From the IMG/VR virus record IMGVR_UViG_3300020045_006508, positions 1 to 38,697 of that record: a DNA stretch of 38,697 nt. One strand, written 5' to 3'. This DNA comes from a virus (taxonomy: Duplodnaviria > Caudoviricetes). The notes under the pieces were generated by a model. It worked only from the letters and a program-made list of their open reading frames with translations. It did not search any database and was not told the origin of the DNA. Shown one piece after another: positions 9,700-19,900 of this stretch (the stretch's first letter is position 1; each line of letters opens with the position of its first letter). A program made the position numbers and the translations under genes.

Positions 9700-11513
9700 T
9701 ACACAACTCCTTTCAATTCTAAAATCTGGCTCTCATTCTCCAGAATCTGATAAGCCGTTGCCGCCTCAGCACTTCTAACGCCTGATTCATAATAACGGTT
9801 ATGCTTATCCAACTTGATAATCACCGGTGCATCACGGTTAAAAAACAACCCGCCCGTTTCCGGCTCTGCCGCCATTGTGCCGGTAAAAACGTTCGACAAC
9901 ACCCCGCGCACCGGACTAAACATAATAATCTTGTTCCCGAACTTGTCTATTAATGTTGTATTTACCCTAAACAAGACTTCTGGCTCATCAATTGTATTGT
10001 CTTCGGGAATCGCTGATAAAGTTCCGTCATAGTTGGTATCCGCTATTGTCCATGCATCCTGGTTGTTTTGCTGGATTTGCTGCATAAACAGGAAGTAATA
10101 AATGGGCAAATACGCTTGTTCATATTTATTTCTGTGTCGATTGTACCGGAATAGATAATGGTGTATTGGAGTAGTATGTCCTTCTGCTATTTTGACGTTA
10201 TCGGGAAACGTTCCGTATAAAAACTCGCCCCCTTTATATCTAAGCAACAACTCGCCCACGTGAAGCCAATAAGCCTTCTCAATGACAAAGTTACCACCAA
10301 CCTCTATATCTTCGATAAATTGCGTATAAGCAAACACATCGTGCCGCAAGTCTAGTGTATCAATCAGGATAAAGTCATAGCTATGTGCTAACGTTAAATC
10401 ATCAACGTTATCGTAATAATCGGAATCTGACAGAGTGACCGTGTATTGGTCATTGTAGTTTATTGTGGCGTTAAAAGAATTCAATCCCACAAAATCAGCA
10501 GTCGTTGTTGCGGCAGTTTCAATCCAAAAATCTTTTTTAACGCTGGCCTTGTCATAGTCCACCGCAACAACGACCCGTTTAGCCAGTCGGGTAAATCCGC
10601 CGCCGGTGTCATCCCACATGGGGACATCGGTAATGCTTTGGTGTACCGCGCTTTCGGTCGTTACGTTATACTCAAGCGTGGTGGCATTAATGGATATAGA
10701 CCAATCTATTAAAATAGATTCTCGGTCATAACCGTTTTCTTCAAAGGTGGCTATGGTGCAGGCTTTTGTACCATCAGGGGATATCGCCACACACTGTAAA
10801 AGTCGAGTAACACCGCTTAATCGCGTGAGTGCAGGGCCAATCATCCGCTTGCCATTAATAAAGTAAACCTTTAGTGAACCGCCAAACGGCGACCCAGAAT
10901 GACTCCATACAAAAACTACTGTCAGCCCCTTGATTATTGCGGCCCCAGCAATTACCCCTGTAATTCCTGCGTTTACCCATCCCCCGCCGTCCCATTCCTC
11001 GACCAACCCAAGATCAAGGCCGGAAAAGTTTTTATATAAAAACAGGTCGCGGTTCGGTGTTGGCGGATTTAGTTCTGGTCTAACAGGGCTATAACGGTGC
11101 GTGCCATTCCAGGTTAAATAAACGCCCTTATGATCTGTCCAGTCGATTATGCCGTAATTTGTGCTTTTTAGCTTGCGGTCGTTACGCTCAAATCCGCTGC
11201 CATGTGCAAACAAAACGACATTAAGAATATCACCGCTAACGTCACGGGTATAAACAAACCCTTCTTCAATTAATCCATTTCCTCCGCTTGGCGCGATGAT
11301 TTTGCATTCTCCGTGCTTTCGCCCGTAGCCATCAGTATGGAATGTGACCTCTAAAACAGAGCCATCTTGCAGCGTTTTTGATCTCTTTGTCGATAAAGAT
11401 GCACCAGACGCGACCTCGTTCACAAGCGAGTTATAAAACTGCAAAGCTTTTGATTTAAGCTTTAGAGCCTTATTTTTATCACCTGCATAGGTTAGTCGCG
11501 GCGGCAAGATCAT
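9699..11513 (-). CDS. Hypothetical tail/virion protein
   Basis: 604-aa ORF translationally coupled to neighbours in the tail cluster. Confidence 0.55.
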   Translation of the reverse strand: MILPPRLTYAGDKNKALKLKSKALQFYNSLVNEVASGASLSTKRSKTLQDGSVLEVTFHTDGYGRKHGECKIIAPSGGNGLIEEGFVYTRDVSGDILNVVLFAHGSGFERNDRKLKSTNYGIIDWTDHKGVYLTWNGTHRYSPVRPELNPPTPNRDLFLYKNFSGLDLGLVEEWDGGGWVNAGITGVIAGAAIIKGLTVVFVWSHSGSPFGGSLKVYFINGKRMIGPALTRLSGVTRLLQCVAISPDGTKACTIATFEENGYDRESILIDWSISINATTLEYNVTTESAVHQSITDVPMWDDTGGGFTRLAKRVVVAVDYDKASVKKDFWIETAATTTADFVGLNSFNATINYNDQYTVTLSDSDYYDNVDDLTLAHSYDFILIDTLDLRHDVFAYTQFIEDIEVGGNFVIEKAYWLHVGELLLRYKGGEFLYGTFPDNVKIAEGHTTPIHHYLFRYNRHRNKYEQAYLPIYYFLFMQQIQQNNQDAWTIADTNYDGTLSAIPEDNTIDEPEVLFRVNTTLIDKFGNKIIMFSPVRGVLSNVFTGTMAAEPETGGLFFNRDAPVIIKLDKHNRYYESGVRSAEAATAYQILENESQILELKGVV

Positions 11514-11514
11514 T

Positions 11515-11934
11515 TTAGTTTGCGATTATGTTTTCGATAGTTAGGTTAAGAACGGACAAAGCATCATAACTTCGCATAGTTGGAAATCGGTCAACGCGAA
11601 CCAGAACGCCCGTCGTGCCGCCCTTTACATCATCATCTGCAATAACAAAACAACCCCATACATCAACCGTGGCGTTAAATGTAAATACCGCTTTGCTTGC
11701 TGTGTTGCTATTAACACCAGCCACAGCACCGCCAGCACCAGGAACATACAAAACCCGTGTGGCTTCGTCATATTCCGTCAGCAATTCGGTTGCTGATGTT
11801 GCGATAGTTGCGCCTGTTTCTGTCAGAACCGGTGTGTAATCGCCAGAAAATAAACCGATATAATAATTTGTTGGCATTGCTGCTAGGCCATCGCGAACAT
11901 CGCTTAAACAATTTAGCCATTCTGTAACGTACAT
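11515..11934 (-). CDS. Putative tail structural protein
   Basis: YYIGLF...E...Y....R...SNTASKAVFTF....VWGCF...GGTTGVL pattern typical of phage tail proteins. Confidence 0.55.
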   Translation of the reverse strand: MYVTEWLNCLSDVRDGLAAMPTNYYIGLFSGDYTPVLTETGATIATSATELLTEYDEATRVLYVPGAGGAVAGVNSNTASKAVFTFNATVDVWGCFVIADDDVKGGTTGVLVRVDRFPTMRSYDALSVLNLTIENIIAN

Positions 11935-13173
11935 TTATAAACTCCTAGTTGGCACATCTGCGCCAGAAATAATTGCCATGTATTTAAAACTATCGCTATC
12001 GTTGATAATAGCACTCACCGCATAATCATGCTTCGGCATATTGATATTATTTTGCGTGACGTTTGCAAACTGTCCATTATCCATCAGCAAAAATAAACCT
12101 TCGTTTGAATCGGACATATAGCCATAACTTCCCGCACCATCGCTGATAAATTCTGCCTCAATCAATTTTTCGCTCCCACGTTTTAAACAGGTGCGATGCT
12201 TTTTAAATGCCTGCATATCGCCTAAAGCATTTAAACCGTGATGTGGCTGTTTTCCCGTGATGAAAAATAATCCATCTTTTTCTGTACCAATCCATAAGCC
12301 GTTCTCGCACGGGGCAATAACAGTGATTTTGCTGGCAAAACGGTAATGATTTATTGGTTGCCACTGTTCGTATTTTGGGCGCGGCTCTGAATAAAATAGG
12401 TGTTTATTGCTGGCTATGTATAAATGTCCGTAATGATAGGCTATTAACTGCCCTAGTGGAGCAGGGTTGATACCGATTTTATCGAGGTGGAATTTGTTTG
12501 TGGCTGTTGCGTTTATTGTGTAAGTGGTTGTGCCGTTGGTTATTGTAGCAATGCGGTACAGTTCTACGCCATTTCTGCCACTGCAATAAATTGCAATATG
12601 CGTAACTCGAGGGTTTGTTGAAACAAATACGTTCGATAATGAAATGTTTTTGTTGGCAGTTATCGTAATGGATGCAGGATCTTTTGTTCCAGATTCGCGT
12701 CCGTTTGCGTCAAGCGCGGTAACGGCAACTAGATAAGTTCCAGCAGGCAAAGCCCCGGCAGTTGATGTTAAAGTCGGCTGATAGTTGACTTGCGCCAAGC
12801 CAAACGATGAAACGCCAGTGTCAGTAATAACGCCATTAATATGGTCGCTGACAAAATAATAATTACCGTTACACCGAGTAAACGACAAAGTGGCATAGCC
12901 CATTCCTGCTTTAATTGTAGTTGCTGTGTATGTGCCGTTAAGCTCCGTAATCTCAACTAAGTCACCATCCTTAACGCCGAAACAACGAAACTCATCGGCC
13001 CAGATTGAAGTATATCCACCGGCATCCTTTAGCGTGTAACCCTGCTTTTTTCGTGCCACGCCATTGTTATCAATAAACATATCCACACATTCACGCAGAT
13101 AGCCATCAGGCATCATGCTTTGATGAGCTTTGTTATTTACACCCTTGAATCTATCAAGTCTAATCGTTGGCAT
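11935..13173 (-). CDS. Putative tail nozzle/stabilisation-type virion protein
   Basis: N-terminal F.GVNN...LRECVD.FID..G.ARKKQGY and internal AGTYLVAVTALDANGRES (FnIII-like) segment. Confidence 0.55.
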   Translation of the reverse strand: MPTIRLDRFKGVNNKAHQSMMPDGYLRECVDMFIDNNGVARKKQGYTLKDAGGYTSIWADEFRCFGVKDGDLVEITELNGTYTATTIKAGMGYATLSFTRCNGNYYFVSDHINGVITDTGVSSFGLAQVNYQPTLTSTAGALPAGTYLVAVTALDANGRESGTKDPASITITANKNISLSNVFVSTNPRVTHIAIYCSGRNGVELYRIATITNGTTTYTINATATNKFHLDKIGINPAPLGQLIAYHYGHLYIASNKHLFYSEPRPKYEQWQPINHYRFASKITVIAPCENGLWIGTEKDGLFFITGKQPHHGLNALGDMQAFKKHRTCLKRGSEKLIEAEFISDGAGSYGYMSDSNEGLFLLMDNGQFANVTQNNINMPKHDYAVSAIINDSDSFKYMAIISGADVPTRSL

Positions 13174-13226
13174 AATGCGAATGTATTAATGTTTAACCGT
13201 TGATAATTATAAGCCTAATTTGCAAA

Positions 13227-16049
13227 CTAAACCACAAACCGAGTATTAAACCGCATCAATAACTCACGCTGTCTGCTTTCTAAAGCGTCCGCTGTTTCAT
13301 AGTTGCCATTGTTTCGCGCTTCATCCTCTTTATCTCTCAGCCGTTTAAGAATGTTTTTTGTGTTTTCGGCTTGTTTAGCAAGGGCTAATAATCGGCCCTG
13401 TTCTTTTTTAAGCTCAACAACTTTGTCAAAATCTTTGGATTTTCGGTATGTGCTGTAACGTTCTTTTACTGAGGCAACCTCTGAAAACTGTTCGTTAAAT
13501 CTTCGGCGATAATCATCTATGCTTTCTGATTTGAAAAATGATTTAGCAATTGGCGTTTTTTCCAGTGTCAATTCTTCATTCGGATTGGTTGCTAAACTTC
13601 CGCTGGAAACAGTATCGGCTACAAACCGACCAGCACCGCCAGTCAAATAATTCAGAGTGTTCTTTAAGGTTTCAGGCGATACGCTCACCCATCCTTCGGT
13701 CGCCTCATCGCCTCCCGTTAAACTGTTTAAAGATTTTGCCAAATCATCGTAAGCAGTACCGCGAGTTTTCCGGTATGCCTTTTCGCTATCGGGTTCGTTT
13801 TGTTTGAAAGTGTTCTCAGGCATCAAGTCAGAACCAAACGCCGAGCGATTCACCGCCGGCATGATAACTGGCTTTGCAAAGGTAGGCGCAATTGCTACAA
13901 CAAAGTTTTTGCTATCCGCTTTTCCGTCCGGGATTATGTCACCGATAGGCGAGAAGTTGCCAAAGAAAGAACTCGCTAATTTTCCGCTAATTTTTTCAGC
14001 ATCACCCCCATTAATAACTTGTGCCGATGCCCTGCCCAAATCCCTAAACCACGACCAACCATAAGGAAGTGGGATAGCAAACCGCTTGCCTTCTGCATAT
14101 TCAAAAGTAAGGTTTCTGTTTTTTTCATAATCCGGCTGCAAGTCATCATCGCCATCATCACCGCCCATCATCGCAGCCATAAAGCCCAGCGTAGCTAATG
14201 CACTTACCATGCCCCATGCCTGACCTTTATGGTCTCCGCTGGTTAGTGTACGCCATAGGTTTTGCGTTCCTTGGATGTTAGCGTTAGCGAACAGATACAT
14301 TGCGCCGATTTTTTTACCTAATTCACCATGACGGCTGAAATTCACTGTAACATCACGCGACATTTTGGCCGCTTCATCATCAGACAAGCCATTGTCGATA
14401 GCTGTTTTAAATGTGGATAATCGTGTCGCATTTTCAAACGCTGTGTTTAAATGTTCGATACCGCGAAACATCACATTATTCCACGATCTAACTGCTGCAA
14501 TTTTTCCAGCACGTTGATATTCGCCTGAGCGGATTAAATCTAATAGCGATTCACCACCATTGCGTTCGAGAATGACATGCAAATCCTCGTTGATTTTATC
14601 CAGTGAGGCGATGTAGGCCGTTGCAATTGAGCCGCCCGCTTTTAAATACCGTTGCATCATCGGATCGTTTTTGTTTTTACCCGTTGAATGATCTAAAACA
14701 GTTTTCCACGCGCTGCCCCAGTTATTTGGCGATAGTGTTTGTGCGGCAAATTTAAGGCCCTTGTCACCGGCCAGCACAACCATAGCCTGCTGAATATCAC
14801 GAATCGGATTGATAATAAAAAAGGCAGGGTTTTTCTGAGTCCACGCTTGGCGTAAAAATCGGTTTAGCATGGATGCAGCCGAATAAATACCGGTTAGATT
14901 TTCATTACTTAAATCATTGAATGCTCTAGTTATTAGATCATCCTTTGGCTTAATCCTAACTTCTTTACCATCGCGAAACATTTTAATCTCTGTTTCAATG
15001 TCAAACTGCTTTGGCACATTTCTTACTGTGCCATTGACCAAAGCCGGTTGAGTTGGACTATATTCAACCTCAAACTGTTTATCCTCGCCCACCAGCTCTG
15101 GATTATCTTGCAGTAATTGCCATAGTTTAGGATGCACGTTTGCTGCTTTGTTTGATGCAATAATCGCGCGTGAATGATCTCTGACAATGTTTTCAATGAT
15201 CTGCCCGGCGCGGGAACTACGGCCTAATCTACGTTTAGAAAACTTGCTGGCAGACATGCCTTTTCCCGTTCCCATCTGTGTAATGTTTCCCTGCTTATCA
15301 ACTTCTTCAAATCCTTTTAATGGTGCGTAATAGCTGTACGCCCCTTTGTATGACTGGTATTGCTCATCGCTAATGGCCCCGCTTTTATGCAGCATTTCCA
15401 GGCTGTTATTAGTGATCGCTTGCCATTCATTTGCTAGTGTTTCCATGCTGGCGTAATTAGTCCCGTATGCCAGCCGTAAACGATTTAACTCTCCAATCGA
15501 CTCTGCATTAGTCATACCTGAGCCGGCATCACCTTTGTATTTTGGATTGATTTTTGATACTTGCGCATTTGCTTCGGGTGCGTGTTTGGCATAAATCAGC
15601 ATGGCAACATCTTGAAGTAAGGCGCGTTTGCCGTTGACTTGTGTGATCTTTCCTAATTTATCCATCAGTGGCAGCACAGTGGTGTCGTGAAACGTTTGGA
15701 TTTTAGCACCGGATTGGTTTGGATGCGCTTCCATTGCAGCCAGAACGTCAGCGGTTTTATTAACTGTTCCGCCTTCGCTTTTGATGGTATTTTGTAAAAC
15801 ACCTATGCGGTTCAATCCGTTTTGAAATAGACGTTGTATTTTTTGTGGGGTAGTTTCGTCTGGTAATTCTATATTTGCAGAACGGATGCTGTAGCGGATG
15901 TCATTGCTTTCACCACCTCTTAACAACTTCGGCACTCCCTTCAACCCCGGCAACAAATCTTCAAGACCACCATTAAACAGATAGTCCTTTAGTGCCGGAA
16001 TACCCTCAGCTATCAATTTGTCATCGTGAAAATATTGGCAGGTTGCCAT
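13227..16049 (-). CDS. Large polyvalent/ejection-type protein with C-terminal LPD38-like domain
   Basis: YYAPLKGF, NPAFFIINPIRD, FENATRL, SRDVTVNFSRHG...YLFANANIQG and IPLPYGW motifs; AAGGAG SD 7 nt upstream. Confidence 0.7.
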   Translation of the reverse strand: MATCQYFHDDKLIAEGIPALKDYLFNGGLEDLLPGLKGVPKLLRGGESNDIRYSIRSANIELPDETTPQKIQRLFQNGLNRIGVLQNTIKSEGGTVNKTADVLAAMEAHPNQSGAKIQTFHDTTVLPLMDKLGKITQVNGKRALLQDVAMLIYAKHAPEANAQVSKINPKYKGDAGSGMTNAESIGELNRLRLAYGTNYASMETLANEWQAITNNSLEMLHKSGAISDEQYQSYKGAYSYYAPLKGFEEVDKQGNITQMGTGKGMSASKFSKRRLGRSSRAGQIIENIVRDHSRAIIASNKAANVHPKLWQLLQDNPELVGEDKQFEVEYSPTQPALVNGTVRNVPKQFDIETEIKMFRDGKEVRIKPKDDLITRAFNDLSNENLTGIYSAASMLNRFLRQAWTQKNPAFFIINPIRDIQQAMVVLAGDKGLKFAAQTLSPNNWGSAWKTVLDHSTGKNKNDPMMQRYLKAGGSIATAYIASLDKINEDLHVILERNGGESLLDLIRSGEYQRAGKIAAVRSWNNVMFRGIEHLNTAFENATRLSTFKTAIDNGLSDDEAAKMSRDVTVNFSRHGELGKKIGAMYLFANANIQGTQNLWRTLTSGDHKGQAWGMVSALATLGFMAAMMGGDDGDDDLQPDYEKNRNLTFEYAEGKRFAIPLPYGWSWFRDLGRASAQVINGGDAEKISGKLASSFFGNFSPIGDIIPDGKADSKNFVVAIAPTFAKPVIMPAVNRSAFGSDLMPENTFKQNEPDSEKAYRKTRGTAYDDLAKSLNSLTGGDEATEGWVSVSPETLKNTLNYLTGGAGRFVADTVSSGSLATNPNEELTLEKTPIAKSFFKSESIDDYRRRFNEQFSEVASVKERYSTYRKSKDFDKVVELKKEQGRLLALAKQAENTKNILKRLRDKEDEARNNGNYETADALESRQRELLMRFNTRFVV

Positions 16050-16078
16050 AGCATAACTCCTTAAAAATCAATGGTGCA

Positions 16079-16087
16079 ATTATACCA
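16079..16087 (-). promoter_or_regulatory. Extended -10 promoter candidate for the LPD38 gene
   Basis: TGGTATAAT on the - strand between the terminator at 16107 and the SD at 16057-16062. Confidence 0.5.
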
Positions 16088-16106
16088 CTGCTTTTGTTTT
16101 GGGCGT

Positions 16107-16135
16107 AAAAAAAGCCACTGGTTAGGGTGGCTTTT
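16107..16135 (-). terminator. Intrinsic terminator
   Basis: AAAAGCCAC-N8-GTGGC-T7 on the - strand, downstream of 16157..16429. Confidence 0.75.
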
Positions 16136-16156
16136 GTGGTTTGCATTTCACGTTAC

Positions 16157-16429
16157 CTATTCATTAAGTTCGTCCACCCATTCTTTAGGCACTTCTTTCC
16201 CATCTTTAACATACCTACAAATAGCCTCTAAGACTTCTAGCTTTCTTTCGGCATAAGCTATATATCTAGGTTTTAAACCTAATGGTGGCTTAAGCTTTCC
16301 TTGATATTGTTGCTTTACCAAGTCGCTTGCTTTTTCTTCAATTTCATTTTCCTTGTACGCCACCGCAGTTATTGGTTCTGCATAAATCAACTGCGCCAGC
16401 TCTTTAAATTCTTCAATTGTTAGTTGCAT
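16157..16429 (-). CDS. Hypothetical protein
   Basis: 90-aa ORF coupled to ferritin; KPPLGLKPR...IC RY...EVPKEWVDEL pattern recurrent in phages. Confidence 0.55.
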   Translation of the reverse strand: MQLTIEEFKELAQLIYAEPITAVAYKENEIEEKASDLVKQQYQGKLKPPLGLKPRYIAYAERKLEVLEAICRYVKDGKEVPKEWVDELNE

Positions 16430-16431
16430 GG

Positions 16432-16923
16432 CTATTCCCCCAACTCTTTATCAATCAACAAAATCCCGCACGAATCGTCACTGACCAAGCTTAAACGCTG
16501 CAACCAGTCGGCATATTCCCCCACGCTTTTGCGCTGAATCTCGATAAATTGTAACAGGAATTGTGCCGTAGTAATGTCTTTAGCTAATGATTGCGCGTAC
16601 CAAGTAGAATAGCTTTTGTTTAAATCCAGCTCGGTATTGTAGGCCAGAGTTAAAGCCTGTTCGAGTGTGGTAATTTTATCGGATGTTTCGGATAGCTCCG
16701 GCAAACCAGCAACACTGCCACGATCATTAAAATAATCTTCGATACGCTTGGCGTGTTCCGCTTCGTCAGTGCTTTCGGATTTGAAAAACTTGGCCGCACC
16801 AAAATACCCTAACCGCTGGCACTGGTTAGACAGGTTACGATACTGATAAAACGCGCTTAGTTCTGCGTGTAAGGCATCATTAAGCAGTTGGGTTATGGCT
16901 TGGGATAGTAAGTTTGTGGTCAT
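16432..16923 (-). CDS. ftn: Non-haem ferritin
   Basis: 163 aa; ELSAFYQY...GAAKFF...DEAEHAKRI.DY.NDRG...E...TAQFL.QFIEIQ matches the ferritin four-helix ferroxidase pattern. Confidence 0.85.
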   Translation of the reverse strand: MTTNLLSQAITQLLNDALHAELSAFYQYRNLSNQCQRLGYFGAAKFFKSESTDEAEHAKRIEDYFNDRGSVAGLPELSETSDKITTLEQALTLAYNTELDLNKSYSTWYAQSLAKDITTAQFLLQFIEIQRKSVGEYADWLQRLSLVSDDSCGILLIDKELGE

Positions 16924-16949
16924 TTATATCTCTAGTATGGCGGTAAAAT

Positions 16950-19900
16950 TTAGCACTTAATTATAAACCCTTTCACATCTTCCAACTGACTAAGAATATC
17001 AATGAAATTATCGTTGATGTACATAATCCGGTCTTTGTTTGGATTGTCCATAATGTCACTCATGGTTTTCTCGCGTGTGGCTTTGGGCGACCGGCTGTCT
17101 AGGCCTTTGAAGATTTGTAGGGTGACCGGTTCGTTTCGTGATTCTGCAACACCATTGCCAAACCGGATAATTGCATCTTCTTTAGCTATGCCCTGTGAAG
17201 CGTAAGGCTCAGATTCAATGCGTTGTGCTGGTGTCATGTTCATTCGTGATTGAACGTCACGGGATTCTATTTCACCGGCTAGGCGTTGGTAGGAGTCAAA
17301 TGCTTGATTAGTGCTGGTGCTGCTAGCTATTGCATCTCTTATCTCCTGTCTAGTCGCTTTTAACGCCTCCAAGTCATATTGCCTAGCTAACGACTTGGCC
17401 CCATTTTCTACCGCCCTGCCTATTCTTGCCTCTATTTCATTGGCCGCGAAAGGCACGGATGAAAAGTTATTATCTTTCAACATAAGAGTTTTTATTTTTA
17501 CCGCATCCTCATATTCGCTTAATGCCTTTTTATGATCGTTAATTGAGTTATCGCTAAGTCCTTTTTTAAACTCGACCGAGTTTCCACCAGTCGCAAAGCC
17601 TTCGACAGTCTGTATCGCATGTTGTATTTCGTGTAACAGCGTTGATAATTTTTCTTTAATATCACTGTCATCACCCACGCTAATAACAGAGCCAAGTTCT
17701 GATAATCTATAGCTTCCCCCTCTGCCATCTACAGTAGAAAGTTTTACAGTTTTTAAAAACGGATATGCTTCAAATAATTTAGGGGCATTTAAAACCTTTC
17801 TTAATTCGACTTCCATTACTATGTCGTTTGATGAAAAGTCCATGCTATCCAGCCAGATATTAGGGTTTAAGTCATCCCTCCCACCAAATGACTGTATGGC
17901 ACTTTGCTTAAAAGAAACATCAGAATCATCAATCTCAAACCGCCACTTGTCATCCATCCCCAAAAACCACCCAGTTTCTTTACGGATAGTTTGCTTATCA
18001 ATCCCTTGTTGCTCCATTTCAACCGCACGGGCTAGGGCTGATTTATTCGCATTAACTGCTTTTTGTCCTGCGTATGACTTACGCTTACCTCCTTTAACAT
18101 CGCCATCAAACACCAAACTCTCAGGCGCACTTCTCAAAGCCTCTGTAGCCATCGCCACTAAATCAGCCTCGGTCAACTTATCAGGATTAATCCCAAACAC
18201 ACTGCGGATTTTAGATTTAAACCACTGAATAAAACGCTGTGCAATTGATAGCTTTGGATGTTTCTCGACCAGGTAGCCTAAAATTTCCTCACTCATCAAA
18301 TGCTCAGGCGTATTAGCTGCTGTTGCTGCCTGTACTGCGGCTTTGATAAATTTGTTGTTTGAAGTTTTAGCTAAATCATCAATCCGTTTCAGGATTGCTT
18401 TAAACTCGGTGTCGTTGCGTCCCAGTTGCAGCGCGTGGACTCCAAGCTCATGCAGCATTAACTTTTTAATGTCGGTGTCTTTGCTGATGTTGTCGTGGAC
18501 AAAATAGGCGGTGTCATCAGATGGATTGTAGAAGGCTTGAATGTTGCCGTTTTTGCTGTATTTGGCAACTATCTGAATGTCGTTGTCGTCAAAAATTACA
18601 TAGTTGTTAGCGTCAGATTTTCCGCCTTCCGCTTTGTAACGGATGCCGCGTATGCCTAATTTACTTAAGACTTCTGACGCTCTTTTTTGATTAGCAACTT
18701 TCTTTAGAGACTTGTATAGCTGCTCTCCCGTTTTGTCCGTAGCATTAATCAATCTTTGTTTTACAAAGTCGCTTTGTTCACTTAATGGTTTATCCCAATC
18801 AAGGTATTCTTCTTGGGCTGGGGCAAGCTCTGTTTCGTAAAGCTTTCCGCTATCCCATTCAAAACCCTTATTAAAATCCAGATTTTCAAGGAAATCAATC
18901 TGCCTTTCATAAAACTCTTGCTCTCTTAAATATCGTCTAGTTTTATTAGTTTTGTCATAATTTAGCGATTCAAGAGCGTCACGCCTTGCGCTATTAAAAG
19001 CATCTTCGCCTAAATTTACCGCGTCAAAAATTGGTTTTAACCCTACGCCAATCCCTTGATACCGTCTGTCTATTGCTAAATCATCTTCTAAGTAATCGTA
19101 TAAAGCTTTATTTCCATAAATTCCAGGATTAATTTTAATCCCATTAAACGAGGCAGATCTCTTTCCTGATAGTTTATTTCTATACCACTCTGCAATTCGC
19201 TTGGAGTCAGTAAAATAATGCCCATAACCAAACGCCTGCGCACCCTCCCCCGTGCCAATTTTAGAGCTATCGAATTTATTATGGTCGTGTGGAGAACCAT
19301 GCCAAACTTTATGAAACAAAGCCCCATCACCCAACACTGAATCAATATCAGCGCGGTTAATCACTTTTACTTTGTTTGTCGCCAGTAACCGATCAAACCA
19401 CCCTTGACCAAACACTTTAGCCATTGCAGATTTTAGGCTGGTGGCGGTGTGGGTGGTTTGGGGTTGGGGGGATTTGCTGAATTTAGTTTCTTGTGGCTTA
19501 TCCATCACAATTAACCGGGCGTTTGCTCCAGTGGTAGCAAGTAAAGATTTGTCCTGAAACGTACCGCTATCCAGCTTTTCAACCTCGGCGGTGTTTTCAT
19601 CCAGCCATTCCCGAAAGGCTAAAGCTTTTTTATCGCTACCAAAAAATACTCCTTCCCCGGCAATTGCAACTAACTTTCCGCCTGGTTTCACCATATCAAA
19701 AGCGTGTTGAATATGATCTGCGTCTAATCTGTTAGAAAATGGCGGGTTCATAATCACCGCGTCATAAAGTTCTGACGGGCTAAACTCCATAAAATCATGT
19801 GCTACAATCGGGTAGCCTTTCGCCTCCAGCACATTGCGTAAGTCGTTGGATATTTCGATTACGTCCACTTTTGCGCCAGCAGATTTGGCTGCATCGGCAA

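Noticed and set aside
4629-13173. Diversity-generating retroelement acting on tail genes
   Set aside because: No reverse transcriptase and no TR/VR repeat pair seen in this window
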